From Candidatus Bathyarchaeota archaeon (GTDB lineage Archaea > Thermoproteota > Bathyarchaeia > Bathyarchaeales > Bathycorpusculaceae), in the NCBI GenBank assembly GCA_963707955.1, contig OY970176.1, positions 832,001 through 896,000 on the forward strand: DNA of 64,000 bases, written 5' to 3'. Positions 38,865 through 49,802 of the stretch are shown in pieces. The notes under the pieces were generated by a model, which saw only the letters and a list, made by a program, of their open reading frames with translations, made no database searches and was not told the origin of the DNA. Made by a program: the position numbers and the translations under genes. Position 1 is the first letter of the stretch. Every line of letters begins with the position of its first letter.

Positions 38865-40115
38865 ATGAAGCTTGCTGTTCTGGTCTACGAGTATCCCCCG
38901 AAGATCGTCGGTGGGTTGGGAACTTACTCGGCTGAAATAACTCGCCAGTTTGTTCTCATGGACAATGACGTTACAGTTTTCACGATGAATGATGATGCTG
39001 GTAGTTTGCCAACGCGGGAGATTTGGCATGGTATCGAAATTCATCGGCCCCAGCACATCGACATTTCTGACTCGTTGCCCGATGTAGTTGCAGAAGACAT
39101 AAAGAAATGGGGTAGTGGGGGACAGTGGTTCTCAAAAATCCTCGTGTACAATTATCTGAGCGCTGCAAAACTCGTTAATGAGTTGATAAGAAAAGAAGGC
39201 ATCAAGTTCGACCTTATCGTTGCTCATGACTGGCTTTCAGCTATAGGCGGAATGACTGTCAAGAAAGAGGCAGGATTGCCTTTTGCGTTCCACGTTCACT
39301 CAACAGAAAAAGGAAGAACGCTTGGAAAAGGCTCGGTTACAGTGAGCAACATTGAACTCCACAGCGCCAAGGCGGCTGATCTTATTGTGACAGTTTCTTA
39401 TGCAATGAAAGATGAGCTAATAGGCCTCGGATTTCCGAAAGAGAAAATCCAAGTTGCCTACAACGGGGTCGACCCAAAGAAATACGATCCCGCAAAAGTG
39501 ACATCTGAGCAGATCAAGAAAGTCAGAGCGATGTATGGTATCAAAGACGATGAGTACATGATTCTTTTCATAGGCAGACTCGTTGGCATCAAAGGCGTTG
39601 ACAAGCTTATCCTGGCGTTGCCCCACATTCTGCCGAAAAATCCAAAGGCGAAGCTTGTAATTGTGGGTCTAGGCGACTCGCAAGAATACCTGATGAATTT
39701 GGTTAAAGCCGCGAAAATGAGCGATTTTGTGAAGTTCCGTTTCGAGTTCATCCCAGAAGAGGAACGTATCCTTCACTACGCAGCATGTGATGTCGCAGTT
39801 TTCCCAAGCTTCTATGAACCCTTCGGAATAGTGGTTCTGGAGGCAATGAGTATGGCGCGACCAGTTGTCATCGGTGCTGCAGGCATCAGCGGTATGCGGG
39901 AGATAGTCGTGTATAACGGTGAAGAACAGTGCGGTTATCACATAGATCCGAGCAACCCGTCAGACATAGCTTGGGGCATAAACTGCGTCTTGGAAAACGA
40001 TGAGAAAAGAAAGTGGCTGGGCAGAAACGGAAGAAAGCGAGTTCTGAACGAGTTCACTTGGGACAAGATAGCTGAAAAGACACTGGGGCTTTATGAACAG
40101 ATCATCAAACGCTAG
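38865..40115 (+). CDS. GT4 glycosyltransferase, copy B
   Basis: Close paralog of 23246-24502. Confidence 0.92.
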   Translation: MKLAVLVYEYPPKIVGGLGTYSAEITRQFVLMDNDVTVFTMNDDAGSLPTREIWHGIEIHRPQHIDISDSLPDVVAEDIKKWGSGGQWFSKILVYNYLSAAKLVNELIRKEGIKFDLIVAHDWLSAIGGMTVKKEAGLPFAFHVHSTEKGRTLGKGSVTVSNIELHSAKAADLIVTVSYAMKDELIGLGFPKEKIQVAYNGVDPKKYDPAKVTSEQIKKVRAMYGIKDDEYMILFIGRLVGIKGVDKLILALPHILPKNPKAKLVIVGLGDSQEYLMNLVKAAKMSDFVKFRFEFIPEEERILHYAACDVAVFPSFYEPFGIVVLEAMSMARPVVIGAAGISGMREIVVYNGEEQCGYHIDPSNPSDIAWGINCVLENDEKRKWLGRNGRKRVLNEFTWDKIAEKTLGLYEQIIKR

Positions 40116-40184
40116 GCTTGACGCGCAGTGGTCCGACGTTTAACCCAGAGTTTTTCGGTGAATTCGTGACAATTGTTTGAAGTT

Positions 40185-40745
40185 TTATTCGTAGAATATG
40201 AGGTTTTGTTCTTCTAAGCTTGCGTGAAGCTTGTGCACTGCGTCATAAACGTCCTGTTCTTTCTTCGCTCCTGTGCAGACAAGGTTTCCGCTTGCGAATA
40301 TCAGTATGACTACTTTAGGTTCGTCCATCCTGTAGATCAATCCTGGAAACTGCTCCGGTTCATACATGGTTTTTACAAGCTTGCTAACTGCCTGTTCCAA
40401 GTCTACTTTTCCGCCTAAGCTTACGGAGGCAACGATGTTCTGAATCTTCAACTCCGGTTTGCTGATGATGATTATTCCACTCTTTTTCAACTCTTTAACA
40501 ACTGTCAATACAGCCCTGCGGGCTTCTTTTTCCGATTTCGCTCCCGTGCAAACCATTTTTCCAGAATTGAAAATCAGCGTGGCTGTCTTCGGTCGTTTGA
40601 GCCTATACACCAGTCCTGGAAACTGTTCTGGACGATATTCTACTCCTGGATAACTCTTCACGATAGCGTTCAAGTCAATTCTCTGGTTTAAGGTAGCAGA
40701 AGCGACAACGTTTTGAATTTTTATTATGGCTTTAGTCTTCGGCAT
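40185..40745 (-). CDS. tbp: TATA-box binding protein, paralog 2
   Basis: Two canonical TBP repeats with PEQFPGL. Confidence 0.95.
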   Translation of the reverse strand: MPKTKAIIKIQNVVASATLNQRIDLNAIVKSYPGVEYRPEQFPGLVYRLKRPKTATLIFNSGKMVCTGAKSEKEARRAVLTVVKELKKSGIIIISKPELKIQNIVASVSLGGKVDLEQAVSKLVKTMYEPEQFPGLIYRMDEPKVVILIFASGNLVCTGAKKEQDVYDAVHKLHASLEEQNLIFYE

Positions 40746-41464
40746 TAAAGACCACTCCTAATAGTGCGCGCGCATTCGATGACGCTTAAGCTTCCGCTTC
40801 TCCCCAGTCGCAACTGCCGTTCACCGCTGAACCAGGTTACTTTGCCATTTTTGATGTCAACCACGTCGCCCTTATGCACCATGCTGATCTGGTGGTTCCA
40901 TAAGCTCATTTTCATTGAACCAGTTTCGTCTTTGATAAGTGCGTTTGATATACAAGCCGTCGTTCCATATCTCGTGTAGACGATTTTAGATTCTGGAATC
41001 TCGAGCACCTCTGCTTTGACGCTGACTTTCTTCATTCCGACTTTCAAGTCACCAATCTTTGAGGTTACACCCTCGAAATTCTTGAATGAGGAAACTCTGG
41101 CCAAAATTGCTTTTGTGATGCTTTCAAGCTGATTCTCTCCCTGCAAGATGGCAATCGAAATCGGAAATTGAGCTATAACCTTCCCCGCGCGCTTCCGACC
41201 ATGGGTAAAGAGAAAAATCGCTGAATTCTTCGTCCTCACACGACATTTTACAGCCAACTGCCCACATTCTGACCCGTCGTAATTCCAAGCTTCGACAATG
41301 CGATCAAAGAATTCACTCGAATCAACCTTATGCAGCACCGCGATTCTGGCAAGGCTCTCCAGAATCCTTCCATCCTTGTACGAAGGCCTGCCGTTAAGAG
41401 GCCTGCCTCTACCTCTCCAAATCTGCTTAGCCATCAAACTTGTTTCCACTCTGCTTTTTTTCAC
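40745..41464 (-). CDS. Protein with a C-terminal SSB/RPA-type OB fold
   Basis: KIGDLKVGMKKV...IKDETGSMKMSLWN...GDVVDIKNG. Confidence 0.8.
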   Translation of the reverse strand: MKKSRVETSLMAKQIWRGRGRPLNGRPSYKDGRILESLARIAVLHKVDSSEFFDRIVEAWNYDGSECGQLAVKCRVRTKNSAIFLFTHGRKRAGKVIAQFPISIAILQGENQLESITKAILARVSSFKNFEGVTSKIGDLKVGMKKVSVKAEVLEIPESKIVYTRYGTTACISNALIKDETGSMKMSLWNHQISMVHKGDVVDIKNGKVTWFSGERQLRLGRSGSLSVIECARTIRSGL

Positions 41465-41809
41465 TCAACAAATCCATCATTAAAATAATAGATCTGGAAT
41501 GTGCATCTCAATATTGTCAACATCGCTTATATAGCTTAGCTGCTAGGCCTACCCTTCTAATGTTATTGAAGTCGTCTGAGGTACGCCCTCACGTTTAGCG
41601 CGTTCTAGCTGAGCACTTCGACTCTTGCTCCTATTCCTTGTCCAAGTGTGCCTTTGTGGAATTTTGCTGTGACAACGCGCGCGCTGTAGAAAGAAACATG
41701 CAAGGATTTCAGGTGTCCATAGAAGTTTATTAGTAGAATTGACTGACAGTAAATATGGATGTGATGGTTTATATTTGAAGGTGAGAGAACTGAGATTTTC
41801 TGGGCAGGA

Positions 41810-42004
41810 TTGTTTCTGTTTGGAGGCACCATCTTTGGTTTGTTTACCACCATTTGGTATACTCTTCTCAATCCACCTGATTGGACCTACATAACACCTT
41901 GGACTTTCGGATTTGCAGTTTTCCTGATCATTGGATTTTACATGATGATGACTGGTGTGAAAAAGGAAAAACAGAAAGAAACACAACCTTTGAAAGAGCA
42001 GTAA
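41810..42004 (+). CDS. Small membrane protein
   Basis: Hydrophobic segments; start may be upstream. Confidence 0.5.
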   Translation: MFLFGGTIFGLFTTIWYTLLNPPDWTYITPWTFGFAVFLIIGFYMMMTGVKKEKQKETQPLKEQ

Positions 42005-42170
42005 TGGAAAAGTTAGGTTCCATCGTTAGAATTCTATCGTTGAATTTCCATCTTTGGAATTTCTGAATGTGAGAGCATGATATAATAATTGTTCTAGGAC
42101 TCGTCGTCGTTTGGTTGGATAAAACTTTACCGGCAAGAGAAAAAAGAGAAGAAAAAGGGGAAAAAGGTGC

Positions 42171-42413
42171 CTACCAGTATTTCTTGGTCGCGAATGCTGC
42201 TATTGTAGGTCCTATGATTATTGCAACCGCTACCAGCGCAGCTGCCTTCTCCAAGTCCCCGCTAATGCCGAAGACTGCTATTCCCCAGTTGGCAATTCCA
42301 AGCGCTAGCACAGCTAGGATTATGGCGATGATTATGCCTATGATGCTTATCAATAGCTCTTTTCCAGTCGAAGCTGCTTTTTCAGCCACTTGTTCAGCTT
42401 TTTTTTCAGCCAT
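42171..42413 (-). CDS. Small membrane protein
   Basis: MAEKKAEQ followed by two TM segments. Confidence 0.6.
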   Translation of the reverse strand: MAEKKAEQVAEKAASTGKELLISIIGIIIAIILAVLALGIANWGIAVFGISGDLEKAAALVAVAIIIGPTIAAFATKKYW

Positions 42414-42591
42414 ATAAGTCACAGCCTTGTATCTTTCGGTCAGCACATAAAACACTTGCTGTTCTAACTCGTCCGCTTGTCAATCGGCATCAAATTTTTC
42501 CGTGATTAGGTTTGGATTTGAGATGAAACTTTACCCCAACCAACTTCTGAACTGAAATTATATGGTTTTATTAAGATGCTTCTTTTCTTCC

Positions 42592-42912
42592 TTAAGGCGT
42601 CTCAGCCTTTTGTTGTTGTTGTGTTGGGGTTTGCTGTTTTGTTTTGATTTCTTTGATGAGGTTTTCGAGTTCTTGGAGGTCTGCGTCTATTTTTGCTTCT
42701 TCGTAGGTTTTGCCGATGCCGTTGATGACTTGGCTGATGTATGCTGCTAGGCGCGACCAGTTCTGTTTGGTTTCGACTTTAGCTGGGTGCGTGTCGATGG
42801 CTTTTTGTTGGGCCTGTTCGGCGAGGGCCTTGAGTTCAAGGATGAGTTCGAACCTCACTTTTCGCATGTCGACGTTGTATTTGTCCGCGGCGAAGCAGAG
42901 TCTTCTCTGCAT
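42592..42912 (-). CDS. Hypothetical helical protein
   Basis: Coiled-coil-like ORF; start uncertain. Confidence 0.45.
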   Translation of the reverse strand: MQRRLCFAADKYNVDMRKVRFELILELKALAEQAQQKAIDTHPAKVETKQNWSRLAAYISQVINGIGKTYEEAKIDADLQELENLIKEIKTKQQTPTQQQQKAETP

Positions 42913-43233
42913 GTGTCCGAACGAGGTGCTGTGTTCCATACCCCTCCTCGGTTTCAACGTATCATGCATATTTGGATCCAAATATGTAACATCCTCCAGC
43001 GCGCAGGACTGGTCGAGTGTTAAGCAGGGCAGTTCGAAGCAATAATGGACACGGTCCCTTTGATGGGTGAGGTGATGAGTTCGAGAAGAGAATGGCATTG
43101 CGGTGGAACGCCTGAGCTAATTCATCGATGGACGTCTTCTCAAGGAATGTTGCAGTAAGGGCTCTTCTGTTTCCACTGGTGTTACAACCAGCAGCAATCC
43201 TTCTGGAATGGCGTGCGTAGTTTTGGTTTGCGT

Positions 43234-46200
43234 TCATTGATCCTGCTTAGGCTGAGCAGTTGGTGTTTTTTGCAGGGTTGGACTTTGTTTGAGGAGGTGT
43301 TTAGTGCGCCGATGTTTGATGTGGAATGCGAGCACGATGCCTGCCGCTGAAAGGGTTATGATCAGGACTATCAAGATGGGGATTACGTATGGAGCCATAG
43401 AGTAGGGGATAAGAACTTGCCCCAGAAGTGGAAGATGCCACACGACAAATACTGCGCGCGCGGATTGCGCGTCTAACTCTGTCACTTGCGAATTGTCAAG
43501 CCGGATTTCACCGTACCCGTACAACGTCCCGACTTTCGAGTTTAAGAGTGAAAAGAAAGATCCTTGTGTGCGATCCTCGTCGTCTATCTCGGTGACCGTG
43601 CTGTTGTTTAGCCAAAAGTGAGCGGTGCCCAAATTCTGTATCCAGATCATCGTGCTGTTCGTCAGTCGAACGTAAGAGGTGCTCTCGAAGATTTCGATGT
43701 AGTCGCCGGTGCTGTTGACCAGCTGAATCGTTGTGTTGCCAGGGTTAGCATAGATCTGATTAGCGTAGACCTCGTCGATGACCGAGTCGCTTGCATAAAT
43801 CGCTGTGGTGTTCAGTGCGTAGACGAAGTTTTTGACGACGTCGCGTTCTGTGGCTTCTGGACCGATTGCGTGTTGAAACGTGCTTATTGAACTGTTGCTG
43901 AGGACGAGGCTGGAGTTGTCGTAGAGGTAAACTCCGCTGTTTGCCGATCCCGCTGGGTTGCCATTCCACGAAAGATTAGAATTACTCATTGCTATCTCTG
44001 CTTCGTCGTAGGCCGCTATGACGTGGTAGTAGATGGCTTCAGGTTCGACGGGATAGTAGTAGTCTATGTTTGTGGGTGCGAGAAGCATTATGTTGCTGTC
44101 GCTTATGTTCAGCTTGCCCGTGCCCTGAACGATTATTTGTCTGGTTCTCCAGTAATAGGTGGTGTGGACAACTGGCTCCAACACGTCTGGTTCTTCGCTG
44201 ATATTCCAGTTTGAAACGAATGTGCAGTTTCTGATGAACACTTGGGCTTGGTCGGATATTATTAGCCTCCCCGCTATGTTGAACTCACAGTTGTCGATCA
44301 GCAACGTTTGACCGCCGTTGACGATCAAGTCACCACTGTAATTCGTCACGTTCGGAAACTGCAAGGCATAGCTGAGATATACATACGTGTTCGCCGTATC
44401 TGTCCAGTTTTCGAAAGGCCACGACACATTGTTCAGCAGAACCGTGAAGCTTCCATTCCAAAGATTCTGAACAATGGCGTTCGGCAAAGTCATTCTGCAG
44501 AAACCGCTCGTGGCTTCTGGACCGGATTCTGGACCTGGAAAGTTGAGGTTGACTGTTCGGTTGGCCACGTCGACTTGCACGTTCAAAAGCGTAGAGTTCC
44601 TTATGACTTCAGCGTTCAGGGCGGTTCCGTTCCAAGTGCCAACGTCAAGAACGGTGATCGGCGCTACGAGCGGATAGTGATCCGTGTTGTTGGCATCGAA
44701 CAAGTACTGTGTGTCGCCTATTCCGTCGCTGCTGGTGACGTTTTGGTAGACGCCGCTGAACAGGTCTGTGCCGTTGTAGTTTTTCCAGTAGTTTCCGCCA
44801 GATGGATAGCCGAGGTCCCAGGTGTTGTTTCCGTCACAGGTTGTCACCGGGTTCGCTGATAGAAAATTGTTGTGATAAATCACGTTGTTTTGACCTGGTG
44901 CTATGCTGATGGTTTCCAGCGTGTTCTCTACTATCGTATTATTAGTAGGCCCAATCAGGTCGGGCAATCCGAACAGAGAAATGTCGAGACCGTTGCCGTC
45001 GAAGATGTTATCGCTCACTGTGTTCTGTTGAGAAATTTTCTGTGGACCGCTTGCGCCGAATATCTCCAGTCCCACGTTTTGACGGGAAATGTTGTTCAGC
45101 ATCATTACGTTTTGGATTCCATAGACCATTTGTATTCCAAAATAGCTGTTGTCATCGATCACGTTTCCAATGATGGCATTACCCATCAAATCGTGTCCAA
45201 ACGAGCCTAGGTCTATTCCTCTGAGCTGGTTTCCGATGATGAAATTGTCGCTTACGACGTTGCCGTCGCCATAGCCCCATACTCCGTCTCCGTTGCCAGT
45301 GATGTTGTTCTGCGTGATACTGCAGCCTGAAACATCGTCCAGAAACACTCCTTCGCCAGATTGCTGAATCGTGTATCCGTTCTGAATCGTGAAGCCGCTT
45401 ACGGTGACGTTGTTTCGCATTATGTGTATTACCGTTTCTTGACCGCCGCCATCCAAGACTGTGGCCATGTTTTCGCCCATCAGTGCAACAGATTTGTTGA
45501 CGACAGGGTTTTCAAAGTAGGTTCCAGACTCAACGAATATAGTGTCTCCGTCACCTGTTTCGGATGCGTTGATCGCATCCTGTATTGCAGAATAGGCCAA
45601 GCCTGTTTTGATGTTGTGAACCGGGAGAAAACTCCATGGATGCACAAGCGGATAGTTATCTGTGTTGTTGACTCCTATGACATAAGGTGTGTCTGCAATG
45701 CCGTCGCCGCCAGTTTCATTCTGATATGGGCCCTTGTACACGTCTACGGTGTTTAAGTCGCTCCAGTAGTTGCCGCCCGCTGGATAACCGTCATCCCAAG
45801 TGTTTGACGACTCTTCGATGTGCCCTATTTGATACGTGTTGCCTATGATGTTGTGGTGGAATATCACGTTACTCGAAGCGGAAACAAGCCAGAAGCCGTC
45901 GAAGTTGTTTGTTATGTTGTTTTTGAAAATGCTGTTGTAACTTGAAAAACCAAGATAGATGCCCATGCCTTTGTTTGCCGTCACAGTGTTTCCAGAAACG
46001 CTGCTAAAGTTCGAAGAGCTTAACGCGATACCGTCCGAACCATTTTTCGTCACGTTGTTTCTGGAAAGCGTATTGTTGGAAGAGTCGAAAAGGTCTATTC
46101 CGTCATTAGCGTTTGATTTTACGTCGTTTTCAGAAATGAGGTTATAGTCGGAAGAGGAGTAGAGCACGATGCCAGCGCTGTTGTTCATCAAGGTGTTTTC

Positions 46201-46593
46201 AGAAATCGTGTCGCCTGAAGAGCCGTTAAGTTCGATGCCATTATTGAAACCAGTGATAGTCATGTTTCTTACTGTTACACTGTGCGGACCAGAGATGTTC
46301 ACTCCATCATCAGGCCCTGAACCATGGAGGACGTAGCCTGCTCCATCAAGCACAATGCTGTTCCTCTGCACAACGATTGATTCTTCGCTGATGTTGTCCG
46401 TGAACGTGTATGTGATGTTGTCAACCGTTGAAATCGGCGCTGTTGACGGGGTTATGCTTCCGTCCGCATTTACGTAGATGGTTCCAATTTCATCTGCATT
46501 GGCAGGTTGAATCTTAAGTGCCAATGTCAACGCGCTCATAACCAACAAGATCAACAGCGCGGCTGAAACAATCTTGCGAGACAATCGAAACAT
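43234..46593 (-). CDS. Large surface protein with NosD/CASH parallel beta-helix repeats
   Basis: Signal peptide, repeated N.I..N..GI.L, two GYP.GGNYW...DGI.DT.Y blocks, C-terminal TM. Confidence 0.9.
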   Translation of the reverse strand: MFRLSRKIVSAALLILLVMSALTLALKIQPANADEIGTIYVNADGSITPSTAPISTVDNITYTFTDNISEESIVVQRNSIVLDGAGYVLHGSGPDDGVNISGPHSVTVRNMTITGFNNGIELNGSSGDTISENTLMNNSAGIVLYSSSDYNLISENDVKSNANDGIDLFDSSNNTLSRNNVTKNGSDGIALSSSNFSSVSGNTVTANKGMGIYLGFSSYNSIFKNNITNNFDGFWLVSASSNVIFHHNIIGNTYQIGHIEESSNTWDDGYPAGGNYWSDLNTVDVYKGPYQNETGGDGIADTPYVIGVNNTDNYPLVHPWSFLPVHNIKTGLAYSAIQDAINASETGDGDTIFVESGTYFENPVVNKSVALMGENMATVLDGGGQETVIHIMRNNVTVSGFTIQNGYTIQQSGEGVFLDDVSGCSITQNNITGNGDGVWGYGDGNVVSDNFIIGNQLRGIDLGSFGHDLMGNAIIGNVIDDNSYFGIQMVYGIQNVMMLNNISRQNVGLEIFGASGPQKISQQNTVSDNIFDGNGLDISLFGLPDLIGPTNNTIVENTLETISIAPGQNNVIYHNNFLSANPVTTCDGNNTWDLGYPSGGNYWKNYNGTDLFSGVYQNVTSSDGIGDTQYLFDANNTDHYPLVAPITVLDVGTWNGTALNAEVIRNSTLLNVQVDVANRTVNLNFPGPESGPEATSGFCRMTLPNAIVQNLWNGSFTVLLNNVSWPFENWTDTANTYVYLSYALQFPNVTNYSGDLIVNGGQTLLIDNCEFNIAGRLIISDQAQVFIRNCTFVSNWNISEEPDVLEPVVHTTYYWRTRQIIVQGTGKLNISDSNIMLLAPTNIDYYYPVEPEAIYYHVIAAYDEAEIAMSNSNLSWNGNPAGSANSGVYLYDNSSLVLSNSSISTFQHAIGPEATERDVVKNFVYALNTTAIYASDSVIDEVYANQIYANPGNTTIQLVNSTGDYIEIFESTSYVRLTNSTMIWIQNLGTAHFWLNNSTVTEIDDEDRTQGSFFSLLNSKVGTLYGYGEIRLDNSQVTELDAQSARAVFVVWHLPLLGQVLIPYSMAPYVIPILIVLIITLSAAGIVLAFHIKHRRTKHLLKQSPTLQKTPTAQPKQDQ

Positions 46594-46803
46594 CCTTTCT
46601 CAAGATTCATATTCAACGTTCAAGGATAAAAGAGTTATTAGCTATCGGATTTGTTAGTTGAGTTACCTGTTTTCTTGACTGTTCAAGCCGATCTGTCCGC
46701 TGGAAAGAAGTGAAGACGGCAATAGAAACAAGGAGAGCCTCTGTCCCAAAGCGCGCACGGCAAGCGACCAGACGCGTTTGAACGGGGAAAAAGGGGGGAG
46801 GCG

Positions 46804-48137
46804 CTACCAGTCTGTATTGCCACTCGTAGTATATCGTTGCGGTGCTGTTGGTGTCCACGTTTATGACCCATGAAAGACCGGAGCCGATTCTGGTGGCATT
46901 GGGTGTGGAAGTTACTAGGTCGTAGCCGTTGATGTCTTGTTGGATGAGAATCTGGACGTTTATCTGCTTGTAGTTTTGGATTGTTATGTTTATTCCTTGG
47001 TCCTCGTATCTGCTTTGCGATATCGATTTCGTCACTGTTGAGGCGACTTTGATGTCGTAGGCGTAGTTGACTATGGCGATGCTTTCTCCGTTAACGGGCG
47101 TGTAGCCGATGCTGTCTTCGCCCATCCACTGTTCGCCTCGATAGAACTCTATGGTTCCAGAGGCAAGCGGCTCGTTGAGGGTGTTGTTCAAGTGGTACCG
47201 GTTCTGCACTTCGCCGCCTGACCAGAAGTATTCCTGTCGAAGTTTCACGGTGCCTTCGAACAGAGGCAACTTGACAGTGGTACCCGCTTCGAAAGACACC
47301 TTCGCGCCATAAGTGTATTCATGGTATTCGTCCGTTGTAGTCGACGTGAAATCGATTGAAGGAGAGCTGACCGTGGCCATCATCGGTACCGCATAAAAGG
47401 CTTGAAGGGCTGGGCTGTCGTACACTAGGTGGGGGCCGCCGCTTACGAGCACTAGGGTGAAGTTGCTCCAGCTTTCCACGTTTTCCAGCGTTGCCCAGCA
47501 TTGCAGATAGGATGTTTGAAGGTCGACGAAGTATGTGGGCTTCCACGTTGGTCCGCGCATCAGGTAAGAGACGTTCATCTGATAGTCTCCTGCCGGCGAG
47601 TCTGTCGTGACTTGTACGAGTATTTTTGGTCCCTGGACCTGAACTACTTCGTTTAGAATGATCATGGTGATTGTTGATGTTGGAATCATGAGCGTTTCGT
47701 TGTTGACCTGTAGAAGCAGTGTGGTGTCCCAGACTGATGAACGTGCCCGTGTAGTTGCCGTCTTCTGTGCATACCGTTATCACGTCGCCCCTGTCGATTA
47801 TCGGTTGATTCTCATCGCTCGTGACGATTTTGACAACGTTGATTCCTGAAACTGTGAGCGTGTCGGTTAACGCGCCCGACGGAAGATAGAACTGAACGGA
47901 GCTGGTGTCGTTCTCAAGCGTAATGGCCTGTTCAAACGTTACGAAAGTGACGCCGTTTCCGTAAACTGTGACCTTGTCTGCCGCATCTTCGGGAGTCTGA
48001 AATGCTATGCCGTTCGTCGGTCCCAAGTTCGTGAACCTCATGGCTGCAAAGGCAAATCCGGCTGCGGAAACTGCCAGAATGCATAGTAGCGCCATCAATT
48101 TCTTTGCGGAAAAACGCATAGGATTCTTCATTTTCAA
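46804..48137 (-). pseudogene. DUF4139-like exported protein, frameshifted
   Basis: KVTVYGNG N-terminal part and SYLMRGPTWKPTY C-terminal part in different frames; +1 nt near 47733. Confidence 0.75.
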
Positions 48138-48313
48138 AGCCTTCGTGAATCCTCTGTAGGTATCTGGATCGACGCGGTATTTTATACCAATGTGTGGTAC
48201 TGGTCAGTCTAGAAATTAGTACGGTCAAAGACGAGCGCTAGGTTGTTCCGAGAATATGTTAGGCGCGCCATTGAGTGTAGATATTATAAGCTGAACGCTG
48301 TTACAAGCTAAAG

Positions 48314-48529
48314 ATGACTTTAATGTCTGTTCCTTCGGCAAGTGAACGGGCTACTGCCTATGTCATCATCGCAATCGGATTCCTTGTCGTCGGACTGTGC
48401 AGTTTGCTGCTTGGGAATGTGCCAGTTGCAGCTGGGCTTCTGGTGGCTTCGCTTATGTCGTTGCTCGCCTCGCTGTTCTATTTAACGAAAGAGCATAGAG
48501 AGAAGCCGCCAAGTGATGGTCACAGCTGA
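48314..48529 (+). CDS. Small membrane protein
   Basis: Two TM segments. Confidence 0.55.
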   Translation: MTLMSVPSASERATAYVIIAIGFLVVGLCSLLLGNVPVAAGLLVASLMSLLASLFYLTKEHREKPPSDGHS

Positions 48530-48815
48530 CCCAGCACGAGCGCGCATGCTTGTTCCTAAATTCCGTTGAAGAGAGGTGCATGGCGTTTTCCGATGGTTGA
48601 TGGTTGCTGTCGCGGTTCGAGTGGGTTCTCGCTTGCTCACACCCTCCCCCCGGGTATCCTATATGATCCAAATATGATTGAAGAGCAGAATGAGCAGCAC
48701 TGCGTTGAGTTGGATGGGCTTGGACTGAAGTCGCAAAGGATATATGGATATCGGTTATTGGATATCGGAAAGCAGGGCGCTACGGAGTTGTCTGCGTTAT
48801 TTGTGGGTGACTGAT

Positions 48816-49802
48816 GTGGTTGAGGGTCTTGTGATCGAGACGAGGGGGCTTAGGAAGACTTTCGTTTCTAAGGAGAGAGGTGGAAAGAGGCAGGTTGAAG
48901 CGGTTAAGGGTATAGACCTGGCTGTGAGGAGGGGGGAGATTTTTGGTTTTCTCGGTCCGAACGGTGCTGGTAAGTCTACGACGCAGAGGATGCTTTCCAC
49001 TCTTCTGTGTCCTTCTGGTGGAGAGGCGAAGATATTGGGGTATGACTTGGCGGAGGAGCAGGAGGAGATTAGGCGGAACGTCGGGTACGTGAGTCAGGCC
49101 GGCGGGGCAGACTTGGCTTCTACGGGTCTTGAGAATCTGGTCTTGCAGGCTCAGCTGTACGGTTTAGACGTTTTGACCGCGAAGAAGTACGCGGCCGAGT
49201 TTGCGGGGCGGTTTCAGATGAACTCGTTTGTTAATAGGCCTGCTTCGTCTTATTCGGGTGGTCAGAAACGCCGTTTGGACGTTGCGCTCGGGATGATTCA
49301 TCATCCGCGGCTGCTTCTGCTGGATGAGCCGACGTCGGGTCTTGACCCGCAGAGCAGGGCGTACCTGTGGGAGCAGATTAGGAAGCTGAAGGCTGAGGGG
49401 GTGACCGTTTTCTTGACGACTCAGTACATGGATGAGGCTGACAAGCTTTGTGACAGGATAGCGATCATAGATAACGGGGTGATCATCGTGACTGGGACGC
49501 CGGAGGAGTTGAAGGGCAACGTCGGCGGCGACACGATCGTGTTTGGTTTTCCCATGGAGGAGGTTGCCCGCAAGGCCGAAGCTGTGTTGACGATGAACAC
49601 TCAGCTGGAGAAGATTCACGCCGTGAACAGTTCCGTTTTTCTGTATGCTAAGGACGGGGAGAGAATGATGCCTGACCTTCTCAGGTCGCTTGATGCAAAA
49701 CGCTTAGACGTGCAAAGCATCATGTTGTCCAGGCCGAGTCTGGATGACGTTTTCTTGAAGTACACGGGCCGTTCACTGAGGGAGGATGAGAGGGGAAGAT
49801 GA
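48816..49802 (+). CDS. ABC transporter ATPase (DrrA-like)
   Basis: GPNGAGKS, YSGGQ and LLDEPT motifs. Confidence 0.93.
   Translation: MVEGLVIETRGLRKTFVSKERGGKRQVEAVKGIDLAVRRGEIFGFLGPNGAGKSTTQRMLSTLLCPSGGEAKILGYDLAEEQEEIRRNVGYVSQAGGADLASTGLENLVLQAQLYGLDVLTAKKYAAEFAGRFQMNSFVNRPASSYSGGQKRRLDVALGMIHHPRLLLLDEPTSGLDPQSRAYLWEQIRKLKAEGVTVFLTTQYMDEADKLCDRIAIIDNGVIIVTGTPEELKGNVGGDTIVFGFPMEEVARKAEAVLTMNTQLEKIHAVNSSVFLYAKDGERMMPDLLRSLDAKRLDVQSIMLSRPSLDDVFLKYTGRSLREDERGR

Noticed and set aside
43454-43462. (GC)n tract in the surface-protein gene as a junction scar
   Set aside because: It lies in frame within an uninterrupted ORF and may be ordinary Ala-Arg-Ala codons, so it is not counted as breakpoint evidence
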